A stretch of 64,000 bases of DNA from Candidatus Latescibacterota bacterium (GTDB lineage: Bacteria; Latescibacterota; UBA2968): assembly GCA_965205975.1 (NCBI GenBank), contig OZ242195.1:4224001-4288000 (forward strand). Direction: 5' to 3'. Position 1 is the stretch's first letter; every line of letters begins with the position of its first letter. The notes beneath the pieces are model-generated. The model worked only from the letters and a program-made list of their open reading frames with translations, did no database searches and had not been told where the DNA came from. This document shows, piece after piece, positions 18,536 through 28,943 of this stretch. A program made the translations under genes and the position numbers.

Positions 18536-21427
18536 TTACTGACACGCCTCGCATGTGCCATCTGTAATATCGCATGACTCGGCTGTTGGTGCTGGGGTGG
18601 CAGGGGCCTGTTGGTGTACCTGTCCGTTGAGAGGCGCATCTGTTTCAACAGGTGCGTCTTCGCGTTGTACCTGCACATCGCTCGAAGCGGATTTGGACTG
18701 CATCCACCGGGGCTGGACGCCGCGTTTGTTGATGTCCATGGTGGATTTTTCGATCTGGGTCGCGGCGAGGGAGCGCAAATAGTACGTGGTTTTTAGTCCG
18801 CGGATCCAGGCGAGTTTGTACATGTCGTCCAATGCCTTGCCGCTGGGGGCTGCGATGTACAGATTTAGCGATTGGCCCATGTCGATCCACTTTTGCCGGC
18901 GGCTGGCGCATTCGATGAGCCATTCGGGTGCCACTTCAAACGCGGTTTTGTAGAGGTCTTTGATGTCTTGTGGGATGCGGTCGATTTCCTGGACTGAGCC
19001 GTCGTAGTATTTCAGATCATCTACCATCTGGTCGTCCCACAGGTCGCGCGCTTTTAAGGCATCGACCATGTAGGGATTTAATACTGTGAAGTCACCGGAC
19101 AGATTTGCTTTTACATACAGGTTGCGATACATCGGCTCGATGGATTGCGTCACGCCCGAGATGTTCGATATGGTGGCGGTCGGGGCAATGGCCATGACGT
19201 TGCTGTTTCGCATGCCGTGTTTGGCGACTGCCTCGCGCACGACATTCCAGTCCAGGCGTGCGGATGTATCGACTTCGAGGTACGCCCCGCGTTCCTGTCC
19301 CAACACGGCCAGGGTATCGATGGGCAATATGCCGCGGTCCCATTTTGAACCGATGTAGGAATGGTATGGGCCGCGTTCTTCGGATAGGTGCGTTGAGGCG
19401 AGGATCGCGTAATACGAGATCATTTCCATGCTGATGTCGGCAAAGTCAACCGCGCCCTGTGAATCGTAGGGCAAATTCAACAGGTAGAGCGCGTCCTGAA
19501 ATCCCATTACGCCCAGGCCCACGGGGCGGTGGCGTTTGTTGGATGTGGCGGCTTCTTCTGTGGGATAGAAATTGATGTCGATCACGTTGTCCAGCATCCG
19601 AAGCGCTGTCGATATCGTGTCTTCCAGCAACTCGCGGTTGAGGCCCGTGGGTGTGATATGTGCCACGAGGTTTACAGAGCCGAGGTTGCATACCGCGGTT
19701 TCTTCGCGGCTCGTGTTCAACAGTATTTCAGTACACAAGTTTGAGCTGTGGACAACGCCCGCGTGATCCTGCGGGGAGCGGATATTGGACGGGTCCTTAA
19801 ATGTGATCCACGGATGCCCGGTTTCAAAGAGCATGGACAACATTTTTCGCCACAATTGCACGGCGTCGATCTGGCGATGTTGTCGCAGTTCACCGGCTTC
19901 GGCCTTTTGTTCATACGCGATGTATTTCTCTTCAAAGGCTTTGCCGTACAAGTCGTGCAGGTCGGGGACTTCATCCGGGCTGAACAGGGTCCAGGATCCC
20001 TTTTCCATGACGCGCTTCATAAACAGGTCGGGAATCCAGTTGGCCGTGTTCATGTCGTGCGTGCGGCGGCGGTCATCACCCGTGTTTTTGCGCAACTCCA
20101 TAAAATCTTCGATGTCCAGGTGCCAGGTTTCCAAATAGGAGCATACCGCCCCTTTGCGTTTTCCGCCCTGGTTGACGGCGACTGCTGTGTCGTTTATGAC
20201 TTTCAAAAATGGAATGACGCCCTGGCTTCTGCCATTTGTGCCGCGGATATAGGAATTTGTCGCGCGCACATTGGTCCAGTCATTGCCCAGGCCGCCAGCC
20301 CATTTGGACAATTTGGCATTGTCAGATACCATTTTGAATATGTGTTCCAGATCGTCTTGCGCGGTTGACAGATAACACGAGGACAACTGCGGGTGCAAGG
20401 TGCCGGCATTGAACAGGGTGGGGGTGGCAGAGACAAATCGGAAGGAAGAGAGTACTTCGTAAAATTGAATGGCACGCGCTTCTTTGTCGTCTTCGTCCCA
20501 AGCGAGGCCCATGGCCACGCGCATCCAGAAAAACTGCGGGGTTTCAATGCGGCGCTCATTGACGTGGAGCAAATAGCGATCAAAAATCGTTTGTACGCCC
20601 AGGTACTCAAAGTCTTCATCGCGCTCGGGTTTTAAGGCCACAGATAGACGCTCCAGATCATAAGTGCGCAATTTGGGATCTAAGCGGTCATTTTCAATGC
20701 CCGTTTCAATAAATTTTGCGAATCCCTGCCGACATGCAGTGTCTCTGTCTTCAAGCGCGGGTTTGAACCCGAGGGCGTGGCGATAGATCACGTTGAGGAG
20801 CAACCGCATTGCGACTTTGCTATAGGCGGGTTCTTTTTCCACGCGGCTGCGCGCTGATAGTATCATGGCGCGTTCGATATCGTCGGGTTTGATGTCGTCG
20901 TAGAGGGAGCGATATATTTCATTGAGCAGGGCCTGGGGATCTACCTCGTCATCGCAAACGGCAAATACCTCGGTGCGAATGCGGTTGGCGTCCAGGGGTT
21001 CGCGCTTGCCGTCGGCGATTTGCACACGGAGTTTGGGCGCGTTGGGGTCCTGGGGTTCTTCTTTGCCGCTGAGTACGCGGGCTTTTTTGTGGTCTTCTCG
21101 ATAGACGATGTAGCGCCGCGCGACCGCAAAGTGGCCTGCACGCATTAGATGGATTTCGACTTTGTCCTGAATGCGTTCGACATCTACGCTGTCATCCGGC
21201 TCGTGCAATTCCCCTTCAATTTCAGCAATAACAGCGTCGGTGAGTTCCGACACATCGGTTCCAATTTTGGGCGGCAGTGAATGATCGTTGGACAATCTCA
21301 ACTCGGCTCTAAATGCCGCCTCAATCGCGCGTTCAATGCGCGCGCGGTCAAACTCAACGACCCGACCGTCGCGTTTGCGTACCGCAAAATCAACTGCTTC
21401 CAGTAAAGTGTCAACTATTTCGGCCAT
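18536..21427 (-). CDS. nrdA: Ribonucleotide reductase alpha subunit with two N-terminal ATP cones
   Basis: VRKRDG cone plus a second degenerate cone, [28 protein letters not shown]-terminal CEAC. Confidence 0.95.
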   Translation of the reverse strand: MAEIVDTLLEAVDFAVRKRDGRVVEFDRARIERAIEAAFRAELRLSNDHSLPPKIGTDVSELTDAVIAEIEGELHEPDDSVDVERIQDKVEIHLMRAGHFAVARRYIVYREDHKKARVLSGKEEPQDPNAPKLRVQIADGKREPLDANRIRTEVFAVCDDEVDPQALLNEIYRSLYDDIKPDDIERAMILSARSRVEKEPAYSKVAMRLLLNVIYRHALGFKPALEDRDTACRQGFAKFIETGIENDRLDPKLRTYDLERLSVALKPERDEDFEYLGVQTIFDRYLLHVNERRIETPQFFWMRVAMGLAWDEDDKEARAIQFYEVLSSFRFVSATPTLFNAGTLHPQLSSCYLSTAQDDLEHIFKMVSDNAKLSKWAGGLGNDWTNVRATNSYIRGTNGRSQGVIPFLKVINDTAVAVNQGGKRKGAVCSYLETWHLDIEDFMELRKNTGDDRRRTHDMNTANWIPDLFMKRVMEKGSWTLFSPDEVPDLHDLYGKAFEEKYIAYEQKAEAGELRQHRQIDAVQLWRKMLSMLFETGHPWITFKDPSNIRSPQDHAGVVHSSNLCTEILLNTSREETAVCNLGSVNLVAHITPTGLNRELLEDTISTALRMLDNVIDINFYPTEEAATSNKRHRPVGLGVMGFQDALYLLNLPYDSQGAVDFADISMEMISYYAILASTHLSEERGPYHSYIGSKWDRGILPIDTLAVLGQERGAYLEVDTSARLDWNVVREAVAKHGMRNSNVMAIAPTATISNISGVTQSIEPMYRNLYVKANLSGDFTVLNPYMVDALKARDLWDDQMVDDLKYYDGSVQEIDRIPQDIKDLYKTAFEVAPEWLIECASRRQKWIDMGQSLNLYIAAPSGKALDDMYKLAWIRGLKTTYYLRSLAATQIEKSTMDINKRGVQPRWMQSKSASSDVQVQREDAPVETDAPLNGQVHQQAPATPAPTAESCDITDGTCEACQ

Positions 21428-21727
21428 GCATGCCTCCCAAATGCGAAACTACTCCCGCGCGTTCTGACAGAAAAAATAAACCCATAACCGCTGCATAAAA
21501 ACCACAACGGGGAGGGTTGGAAAATGAGCGTGGGGGTTTGTTTTCTAAGACAACAAATCGGGAAAACATAAGGTTGGAAATCCCAATCGCAGAGGAGGGG
21601 AGAGACTGCGAATAATGGATTTGTTTTCCCGAAAAAAGTAATAACTTACGCAGTTGTAATGATTTGTTTGAGTTTGCAAAAAATAGCTAAAGAGGGAGAG
21701 AGGATAAATTTTCACTAACAACTGCAA

Positions 21728-21760
21728 GCACAATATATGGTGGTCTGTGAAAAAAGTCAA
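21728..21760 (-). promoter_or_regulatory. nrdA promoter with an overlapping NrdR box
   Basis: TTGACT (21755-60) - 17 bp - TATATT (21732-37) on the minus strand; GCACAATATATGGTGG (21728-43) covers the -10. Confidence 0.7.
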
Positions 21761-21983
21761 TACCAAATGTGCGTAAATTTAACTTTACCAGCATTGTGTT
21801 GTGCGTGCGTTCAATTGCTTGTATATGCGAGATTTAGAGCGAGAATTTGGGGCTGGGAGAAACGGGGTTCACATGCGTCACGGAGAAACAATACATTTTT
21901 TTAATGTATTATTTTTTTTCTAAAAAAACCTTTGACGCGGTGGGTAAAATGCCGAATATTCTGGGTGTTGATAGGGGTGGATT

Positions 21984-22075
21984 GGGCGGGCACGGGGAAC
22001 GGGACGGCACAGGGGCCGTCCCCTAAAATGATATTGTTAATCTGGTTTTGTAGGGGCGACCCCCTGTGGTCGCCC
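21984..22075. repeat. Inverted REP doublet (REPIN-like) plus a partial REP
   Basis: GGGACGGCACAGGGGCCGTCCCCTAA (22001-26) faces GTAGGGGCGACCCCCTGTGGTCGCCC (22050-75). Confidence 0.7.
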
Positions 22076-22098
22076 GCTAAAAAGAAAGGATCGGAGAG

Positions 22099-23262
22099 AT
22101 GGACGCTCATTTGCTCGCTTCACTGACACAGACCAAAAAGGCCAGGACACTGCGGGCATCGTCGTGGGATAACAGTGGACGCAATGGCGATGCATGGGTT
22201 ATTGAGGGGGGAGAGACGCGCGTGTTGGCCGATCTCAAGGGACCGGGGTGTATTACGCATATCTGGATGACGCAGAGCGGGGAAGGTGCTTTTCGCAATG
22301 TGGTTTTGAAGATGTTTTGGGATGGTGAAGACGATCCGAGTGTCGAGGTGCCGTTGGGAGATTTCTTTTGTTTGGGACACGGTATTTCAACGTCTTTTCA
22401 ATCGCTGCCCTTTTCGGCATCTGCGAATGCACAGCGCGAGAATCAATTTGTGCCCAATGCCGCGCTGAATTGCTATTTGCTTATGCCGTTTAATCTTTCT
22501 GCGCGCGTTGAGGTGACGAATGAGGGCGATGAATCCTATCGACAATATTTTTACGTGGATTACGAGTTGTACGACGCTCCCTGGGGAGAAGATACGGCGT
22601 ATTTTCACGCGCAATTTCACAGGGAAAATCCGTGCGATGGTTGGGGGCATGAGATTCGGGTCAATACGCCAGAGGCGAATATTGTCAATGTTGAGCGGCA
22701 GGCGTGGGATGGCAATTACGCGATTCTGGAGGCGGCGGGGGTCGGGCACTATATTGGGTGCAATTTGTCGGTGACGAATTTTCAGGGGACGTGGTGGGGC
22801 GAGGGCGATGATATGATCTGGGTGGATGGATACAAGTGGCCGCCGGAGTTGCACGGTACAGGTAGCGAGGATTATCTCAATCAGGCGTGGGGGATGCAGG
22901 ATAATGCGTTTTTGATGAATGGGTCGTCGATTTACGAGCGGAATACAGGTGGGTATCAGACGTCTTATGTGTTTCATTTGACCAATCCCGTGCGGTTTGA
23001 GAAGGAGATTAAGGTGACGATTGAGCACGGGCATGGGAATCATCTGGCGAATGAGATGGCGTCTGTGGCGTATTGGTATCAAAAAGAACCGCATCGCCCA
23101 TTTGGGATTATAGATGTGGCACAGCGACAGCCTGTGGAGAAGTCGCGCGAGGGTGCGTGGGTTCAGGATAGCGCGAATCAGACGCCGCATCGCGAGGTGG
23201 AATTGAATGCGGAGATGCGAGAGAAGAAGCAACAGTGGGCGATGAAGAATGAAGGGAGATAG
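22099..23262 (+). CDS. DUF2961 / GH172 family protein
   Basis: GPGCITHIWMT, VPLGDFF, WWGEGDDM, GTGSEDY, IEHGHGN. Confidence 0.88.
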   Translation: MDAHLLASLTQTKKARTLRASSWDNSGRNGDAWVIEGGETRVLADLKGPGCITHIWMTQSGEGAFRNVVLKMFWDGEDDPSVEVPLGDFFCLGHGISTSFQSLPFSASANAQRENQFVPNAALNCYLLMPFNLSARVEVTNEGDESYRQYFYVDYELYDAPWGEDTAYFHAQFHRENPCDGWGHEIRVNTPEANIVNVERQAWDGNYAILEAAGVGHYIGCNLSVTNFQGTWWGEGDDMIWVDGYKWPPELHGTGSEDYLNQAWGMQDNAFLMNGSSIYERNTGGYQTSYVFHLTNPVRFEKEIKVTIEHGHGNHLANEMASVAYWYQKEPHRPFGIIDVAQRQPVEKSREGAWVQDSANQTPHREVELNAEMREKKQQWAMKNEGR

Positions 23263-23266
23263 GACT

Positions 23267-23836
23267 ATGCTGGAGACAAAGTTAAAATTGGGCTTGAAAG
23301 ATCAGGGACGATTGCTGACGGATGAGGCGTTTGCTCAGGCGGAGTGCGATGCGCCGTATCGGTATGAGCGGGTGGAAGAGCGATTGGTCGTGATGGAGCC
23401 GAGCGATTTGCCGCATATGCAGGTGGTTTCTGCTATTCTCGAAAGCCTCTATGTCTATAGACATACCCATTCGGGGATGATTGAACTCATTGCACCCGAG
23501 GGCTGGATACGGACTTCGGATCAGACGGATCGGGTTGGTGATATTGCCGTGTATTTAGAGGATGTGTCTGCTGACCATATTTATGATCTCGTTCCCGATC
23601 TCGTTTTTGAGGTTGTGAGCCAGGGGAGCGAAGAGCGAGATTATATTTTGAAGCGTGGAGAATATTTCGATACAGGTGTGGCAGAATATGTGATTGTCGA
23701 TCCTTTTCGAAAAGTGGTTACGGTTCTCTCGCACGGTGAGGGCGATTATCTGTCTCGGGAATTGCGGGAGGGAGATGTTTATATTTCTGATCTATTGCCC
23801 GGGTTTGAGTTTCGGATTGTTGATTTGAAATGGTAG
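23267..23836 (+). CDS. Uma2 (DUF820) family endonuclease
   Basis: VPDLVFEVVS...RDYILKRGEY...GVAEYVIVDP. Confidence 0.85.
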   Translation: MLETKLKLGLKDQGRLLTDEAFAQAECDAPYRYERVEERLVVMEPSDLPHMQVVSAILESLYVYRHTHSGMIELIAPEGWIRTSDQTDRVGDIAVYLEDVSADHIYDLVPDLVFEVVSQGSEERDYILKRGEYFDTGVAEYVIVDPFRKVVTVLSHGEGDYLSRELREGDVYISDLLPGFEFRIVDLKW

Positions 23837-23845
23837 AGGTCTTTT

Positions 23846-24943
23846 ATGTCTGAGCATATTACAATTTTGGGTGGGGGTAATACGGCGTTTGCCGCGGCTG
23901 CGAATCTGACTTTGAAGGGGTTTGGTGTTACGCTTTGCGAATTGCCGGAGTTTGGGGAGATGCTCGATCCCGTACGCGATAGTGGCGTGATTCATCTGGT
24001 GGGTGTTGAGGAGACGGGGGCGGCGAGAGTTCACAGTTTGACGACGGATATTGAGGCGGCTTTGAATGCCTCGGATCTGGTTCTGGTGATTGTGCCTGCG
24101 TATGCACATAAGCCTTTTGCGCTGGCGTGTGTTCCCTATCTGAGACCCGAGCATACGGTGGTGCTGATGCCGGGTACGCTGGGCACGTTGGAGTGGGCGA
24201 CGCTGTTGCGCGAACGGGGTGTGACAGGTGTCTCGCTTGCCGAGGTGGATACCGCGCCTTATGTGTGTCGAAAAACAGCGCCGGATACGGCGACGATTTG
24301 GGGTACTGTGACGGGGTTGGGTTTGGGGGTTTTGCCAGCGACGGATACAGAGCGGGTGTGCGAACGTCTGTCGCCTTTTTTTCCGGGTATTCAGGCGTAT
24401 CCGACGGTGATGGCGTGTGGTTTGTCTGCGATGAATCCGGTTGTGCATCCTGCGGGTGTGTTGATGAATGCGGGGCGGATTGAGTATTCTCACGGGGAGT
24501 TCTATTTTTACGAGGAGGGGGTTTCCCCGTCTGTGGCGAAGACGATTATGGCTGTGGATGCAGAGCGCAGAGCTATAGCTAAGGCTTTGGGATATGATCT
24601 GGTGGCGGCGAATGAGGCGTTTTATCGCGCGGGTTTTGGTCCGCAGGGCGATTTGTGGGCCGCGATTAATGGCAGCCGGATGCTGACGCAACTCAAGGCG
24701 CCGGGGTCGCTTGAGAGCCGATGGCTTACGGAGGATATTCCCTACGGTCTTTCAGCCTGGCACGATGTGGGCGCGCAATACGGGGTGGAGGCGCCTTTGA
24801 TGCGCGGGCTGGTGGATATTGCGTCTGTGGTGATGGGTTTTGATGGGTGGACTTCAGGGCGCAGTGTGCGCGAGTTGGGGATTGCGGGGATGGGGCTGGA
24901 GGATTTGAATGGGTTTTTGGAGGTCGGTTACTCCACGTCGTAA
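23846..24943 (+). CDS. NAD/NADP octopine/nopaline (opine) dehydrogenase
   Basis: ILGGGN, NPVVHP, FYFYEEG, RWLTEDIPYGL. Confidence 0.88.
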   Translation: MSEHITILGGGNTAFAAAANLTLKGFGVTLCELPEFGEMLDPVRDSGVIHLVGVEETGAARVHSLTTDIEAALNASDLVLVIVPAYAHKPFALACVPYLRPEHTVVLMPGTLGTLEWATLLRERGVTGVSLAEVDTAPYVCRKTAPDTATIWGTVTGLGLGVLPATDTERVCERLSPFFPGIQAYPTVMACGLSAMNPVVHPAGVLMNAGRIEYSHGEFYFYEEGVSPSVAKTIMAVDAERRAIAKALGYDLVAANEAFYRAGFGPQGDLWAAINGSRMLTQLKAPGSLESRWLTEDIPYGLSAWHDVGAQYGVEAPLMRGLVDIASVVMGFDGWTSGRSVRELGIAGMGLEDLNGFLEVGYSTS

Positions 24944-25758
24944 ACACAACGAAAACCGATGGACCCACTGGTCGTGCGTGGAAAAAAGCGGCGTCTTATT
25001 GTTGTACGCATATCCTGAGGGAGCGGCGATGTAGCCCCGCCTCGCACTACCCGGTGAGTGCCCGTTTCAGGGCCTGAAGGATTTTCCTCAGGGCTGGCGG
25101 CATAATAATTTGGATCGTACCAATCCCAAACCCACTCTGCCACATTGCCACCCATATCGCGTACACCATAAGGACTCACATCAACCTCATGCACACCCAC
25201 AGCAGCCGTTGGTCCTTTAATACTCCAATCCACTAAAAGAGATGTGTCAAGGGGTTCATTGGACCAGGGAAAATGCTGCCCACTTTCACCGCGTGCTGCT
25301 TTTTCCCATTCGGCTTCAGTGGGCAAGCGCCCGCCGATGAGTTCACAATATGCTTTTGCGCCATACCAGGAGACTTCCGTCATCGGGTGATCGGATTTGG
25401 TTGAGTCGAGTACAACAAGCCCATTTAGAGTAAATCCGATTTGTATGTCGCGATCATCGAGGTCAACCAGCGTGTTGCCTTCTGCATCTTCCAGTTTTTC
25501 AGTGAGGCGCAGATAGAACGCATACTGTTCATTGGTCACTTCGTATTTATCAATGCGATACGCCTTTAAAAAAACAGTGTGGGATGGTTGCTCGGAGTCG
25601 GACCAGGAATTGGATCCCATGACGAATGCACCGGCGGGAATGAGTACTGTTTTGTCGAGATCATAAGTTAGCCCTTGCTCGTAAGGGTCATTTACACTGC
25701 CGATACCACAGCCGTAAAATGCGATCAAAATATAAAATAAAAAACGCCAGTAGATCAT
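24928..25758 (-). CDS. FGE-sulfatase (SUMF1-fold) lipoprotein lacking the catalytic Cys pair
   Basis: FVMGS, YEVTN, RLPTEAEWEKAARG, DMGGNVAEW, GFRC; lipobox-like FYGC. Confidence 0.85.
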   Translation of the reverse strand: MIYWRFLFYILIAFYGCGIGSVNDPYEQGLTYDLDKTVLIPAGAFVMGSNSWSDSEQPSHTVFLKAYRIDKYEVTNEQYAFYLRLTEKLEDAEGNTLVDLDDRDIQIGFTLNGLVVLDSTKSDHPMTEVSWYGAKAYCELIGGRLPTEAEWEKAARGESGQHFPWSNEPLDTSLLVDWSIKGPTAAVGVHEVDVSPYGVRDMGGNVAEWVWDWYDPNYYAASPEENPSGPETGTHRVVRGGATSPLPQDMRTTIRRRFFPRTTSGSIGFRCVYDVE

Positions 25759-25857
25759 AAGTCATCAGGCCTGTGCGTTAAAAATACACAAAACAGAGGT
25801 GTTTGATGATCCCCGGCGTTTCTAATGTAGAGCAGATTGCTAAATGCTGCAAGAGAA

Positions 25858-26436
25858 TTACAGTTGCTCAATGTCTATGTTGCGGAACCAGATCTGGTTG
25901 CCGTGGTCTTGAAGGCCGATGTACCCGGCTTCGGTCATTTCGCGGAATGCGCGGTTGAATTTGTTGCGCGTGCCGTCGGGGTTCTGGTTCGGCGTGGTCC
26001 AGCGGTTGAGGTCCATGTCGGTGATTTGCTCGCCGTTTAAGGTGACGCGGATGATGTTGTCCATGGCGTAGAGGATCATGTGATTCCATTCGCCCGCGGG
26101 TTTGCAGGTGTTGTGCGTGGGGGCTTGTAAATCATAGACTGAGCCGCAGCATTTGGTGGTTGCGGGTTCGTGTCCGTGTGTGTCCAGTATTTGGATTTCA
26201 ATGCCGGTTTGCACGGGGTTGTCCAGGTCGGTCCAGCGGAAGAAGACGCCGCTGTTGGTTCTGGGGGGATGTTTGAATTCGAGCGAGAGTTCAAAGTTTT
26301 TGAACTGGTCTTCTGTGTAGTACAGGTATTTCCCCTGTTCTGCGGTGCAGAAAAGACAGCCGTGATCTACGATCCAGCCGTCGGGATTGCCGGTGGCTGC
26401 CCAGCCGTTGAGGGTTTTGCCGTCGAAAAGTTGCAT
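25858..26436 (-). CDS. DUF1080 (3-keto-disaccharide hydrolase) protein
   Basis: LFDGKTLNGW, NSGVFFR, EIQILD, GYIGLQDHG..WFRNI. Confidence 0.9.
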   Translation of the reverse strand: MQLFDGKTLNGWAATGNPDGWIVDHGCLFCTAEQGKYLYYTEDQFKNFELSLEFKHPPRTNSGVFFRWTDLDNPVQTGIEIQILDTHGHEPATTKCCGSVYDLQAPTHNTCKPAGEWNHMILYAMDNIIRVTLNGEQITDMDLNRWTTPNQNPDGTRNKFNRAFREMTEAGYIGLQDHGNQIWFRNIDIEQL

Positions 26437-26448
26437 GTAGCCTCCTTG

Positions 26449-27396
26449 TTAGGTAGTGATTGCGACGGGTTCTGCGAGATGTTCGCCGCGCATGGCGCGC
26501 GAGCGGTCGTAATAGGTCCACAGGTCTTCGAGTTCAAATTCCGCTTCGATATCTTCTACGGATATGTCTTCCATGAGGGATTCGAGTACGAATGTGGCTT
26601 CGGGGCGCATGATGTGGATGCGGACCCCCGCGCCATAGGTGCTGTGTATGTCGCCGAGTTTGTTCTGGTTGAAGTCGAGGTGGTAGGCTTTGGTGTCTGC
26701 GTTGATTTCGGCAAATGCAAAGGGCGAGAGTTTGCCTTGTTCTACGAGGGGTTCACTATAGCCTTGCCACGCGAGGCGGTGGCCGCACATGTCGGTGATG
26801 GAGCTTTCCTGAGATTGGCTGACGATGAGAAAGACGCCGTAGTCGCGCGCCCAGGCGGCGTGTCGCATGCCGCCGTTGAACATGCTGGGGAAGAAGACCA
26901 TGCGCGCACCCGAGCGGGCGAGCATCATGGCAACTTCGGGAAATTTGAGGTCAAAACAGATGCACATGCCCACGCGACCGCAGTCTGTGGCGAATGTATT
27001 GGCCTGTGTACCGGGCAGGGTGCCGCGTTCCATTTCGTTGACGGTGGGTTGCACTTTGTGGTAGCGGCCCATGACGTTTCCATCTCGGCCGATGAGGACG
27101 GCGGCGTTGAAGGTCTGGTCTTCCCACCGCTCTTGCATGCCGACGATGACATGGGTGCCGATTTCCGCGGCTGCTTTGCCAATGGCTTCGGTTGTGGGAC
27201 CGGGTACGGGTTCGCCCATCCATGCATCGCTGTCTTGCGGACAGCCGAGTTCTCGCGCGACTTCGGTGAAGCACACAAAGTCGGGGCAATAAGGGGCTGT
27301 TTCTTCGAGGTGGCGCACCATGTGTTCTACATTTTGTTCTACGTTTTTGTACCCACCTCTGGGAAATGAGACGCTGAGGAGTCGGACGGTTTTCAC
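26449..27396 (-). CDS. Carbon-nitrogen hydrolase (nitrilase superfamily)
   Basis: E-K-C triad in FTE, YHK and ICFDLKFPE; GTG start after AGGAG. Confidence 0.88.
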   Translation of the reverse strand: MKTVRLLSVSFPRGGYKNVEQNVEHMVRHLEETAPYCPDFVCFTEVARELGCPQDSDAWMGEPVPGPTTEAIGKAAAEIGTHVIVGMQERWEDQTFNAAVLIGRDGNVMGRYHKVQPTVNEMERGTLPGTQANTFATDCGRVGMCICFDLKFPEVAMMLARSGARMVFFPSMFNGGMRHAAWARDYGVFLIVSQSQESSITDMCGHRLAWQGYSEPLVEQGKLSPFAFAEINADTKAYHLDFNQNKLGDIHSTYGAGVRIHIMRPEATFVLESLMEDISVEDIEAEFELEDLWTYYDRSRAMRGEHLAEPVAITT

Positions 27397-27413
27397 GGTG
27401 TTCTCCTTTCTAA

Positions 27414-27524
27414 GAATCACGAATCAACGAATCAACGAATCCCGCCCATTCTCCCAAAACCAGTATATATTACCATTCGTCTATTCGTCTATTCGTCTAT
27501 TCGTCTATTCGTCTATTCGTCTAT
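27414..27524. repeat. Inverted pair of 8-mer tandem repeats
   Basis: About 3 copies of GAATCAAC at 27414-41 and 6 copies of ATTCGTCT at 27475-27522, sharing an ACGAAT core in opposite orientation. Confidence 0.85.
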
Positions 27525-28492
27525 CGCTCGCCGTAATAGGTGATCAGACACTGGTCCATGACCCATGATGCACGGGCTCCGGTTTCTCCGGTGGATACGC
27601 ATTTGCCTTCGCCGCGCAGTTCGTTGACGATGGTTTGTATCAGGGGTTGTTGGACGTGTGGGGGATTGGGCGCGGCGATGTGTTCTTCATTGCCGTTGCG
27701 TTTGAGGATGATGTCGGTGTCTGCGAAGACGGGGGTCTGGATTTCGCCTCCGGATCCCGTGAATGTGATGCGGTTGTCGGAATGATCGGCGTGGAAGTTC
27801 CAGATGCCTGTTCCCACGACGCCGCTTTCAAATTCAAATGTTGCGGTTGTTACGTCTTCGGCTTCGTACGTTCCGCCGGTGTTGAGGGCGTAGCCACTGG
27901 CGCGGGTGATGGGGCTGACGAGGAAGTCGAGGATGTCGATGCCGTGTGATGCGAGGTCGAGGAATTTGCCCGCGCCGGCGATGGCTGGGTCAAATCGCCA
28001 GTTGTTGGGGTTTGTGTCGAGTTTGCCGTATTGGACGATGTGTACAGATGTGAGGGTTCCTATTGCGCCTTCGCGGAGGAGTTCGCGGACTTTCAGGAAG
28101 CGCGGGAGTCCTCGGCGGTAATAGGCGACGTACAGGGGGAGGTTTTTGGCTTTGAAGGCTTCGACCATTTGTACGCATTCGCGGTGGTTCATGGCCATGG
28201 GTTTTTCGACGTAACAGGGTTTGCCCGCTTCGGCGACGCGCAATGCGTAGTCGCAGTGCGAGGAGGGTGGTGTGGCGATGTACACGGCGTTGACGTCGGG
28301 GTGATGGATGACGTCGTCGGCGTTGTTGGTGGATTGGGATATGCCGTGGCGTTTGGCGAAGTCCGCGGCTTTTTCCCCGTCCCGGCGCATGACGATGACG
28401 AGTTCCGAGTGGTCCGCTTTGTAAAATCCCGGGCCACTTTTGACTTCGCACACGTCACCACAACCGATAATGCCCCATTTTACTGTTTGCAT
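27521..28492 (-). CDS. Gfo/Idh/MocA oxidoreductase
   Basis: WGIIGCG, YIATPP, VEKPMA, DLASHGID. Confidence 0.9.
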   Translation of the reverse strand: MQTVKWGIIGCGDVCEVKSGPGFYKADHSELVIVMRRDGEKAADFAKRHGISQSTNNADDVIHHPDVNAVYIATPPSSHCDYALRVAEAGKPCYVEKPMAMNHRECVQMVEAFKAKNLPLYVAYYRRGLPRFLKVRELLREGAIGTLTSVHIVQYGKLDTNPNNWRFDPAIAGAGKFLDLASHGIDILDFLVSPITRASGYALNTGGTYEAEDVTTATFEFESGVVGTGIWNFHADHSDNRITFTGSGGEIQTPVFADTDIILKRNGNEEHIAAPNPPHVQQPLIQTIVNELRGEGKCVSTGETGARASWVMDQCLITYYGER

Positions 28493-28652
28493 GATGTAAG
28501 GTCCTTTCGATAAAATTCAAATATTATCCTGATTCATAACATTCTGTAACTTTGACAGAATTGGCTTGACAGGCAAGGGATGATTTTCTTAACTATTCAA
28601 GACAGCGATTATGAGCGTCACATTGCCTCACAAGAATTAAAAAGGAAATATT

Positions 28653-28886
28653 ATGGCTATAGTTCACATTGATCTGACAGATCAAGAAAATGATTGTCTG
28701 ATGACAATCGCACGCGAGACTGGTAAGACCCAGGATGAAGTACTGCGCGATGCTATTAATATTATGATTTCGCAATTTCAGCAGTCAGACCGACGCGCCT
28801 TGCTTCAGAGTGCCCGCGGAATGTGGAAAGATCGTACAGATCTACCTCCTGCTGAGGAGCTTCGACGCGAATGGGATAGACTGTAA
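28653..28886 (+). CDS. CopG/RHH VapB-like antitoxin
   Basis: 77 aa; RHH N-terminus and a GMWKDR...LRREW C-terminus typical of VapB. Confidence 0.75.
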   Translation: MAIVHIDLTDQENDCLMTIARETGKTQDEVLRDAINIMISQFQQSDRRALLQSARGMWKDRTDLPPAEELRREWDRL

Positions 28887-28889
28887 GAC

Positions 28890-28943
28890 ATGGCTATCCG
28901 ACTTTTATTGGATACGGATTATGAACCCGCAATTTCAGAATGA
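28890..28943 (+). pseudogene. Truncated VapC/PIN toxin stub
   Basis: MAIRLLLDTD (PIN beta1 with first Asp), then a terminator hairpin GAACCCGCAAT...ATTGCGGGTTC-TTTTTT. Confidence 0.65.

Noticed and set aside
18536..21427. Intein or intron in the long NrdA
   Set aside because: Extra length is explained by the ATP cones and a C-terminal linker; no intein or homing endonuclease motifs
21440..21725. Cobalamin riboswitch upstream of nrdA
   Set aside because: No recognisable B12-box or GCCACTG core; kept only as an unknown structured leader
24928..25758. FGE-fold protein as a DGR target or as the sulfatase-activating enzyme
   Set aside because: No reverse transcriptase or template repeat seen; the catalytic Cys pair is absent
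27414..27524. Tandem repeats (also 29572, 46733, 58685) as a CRISPR array
   Set aside because: Units are 7-12 bp with no unique spacers and there are no cas genes
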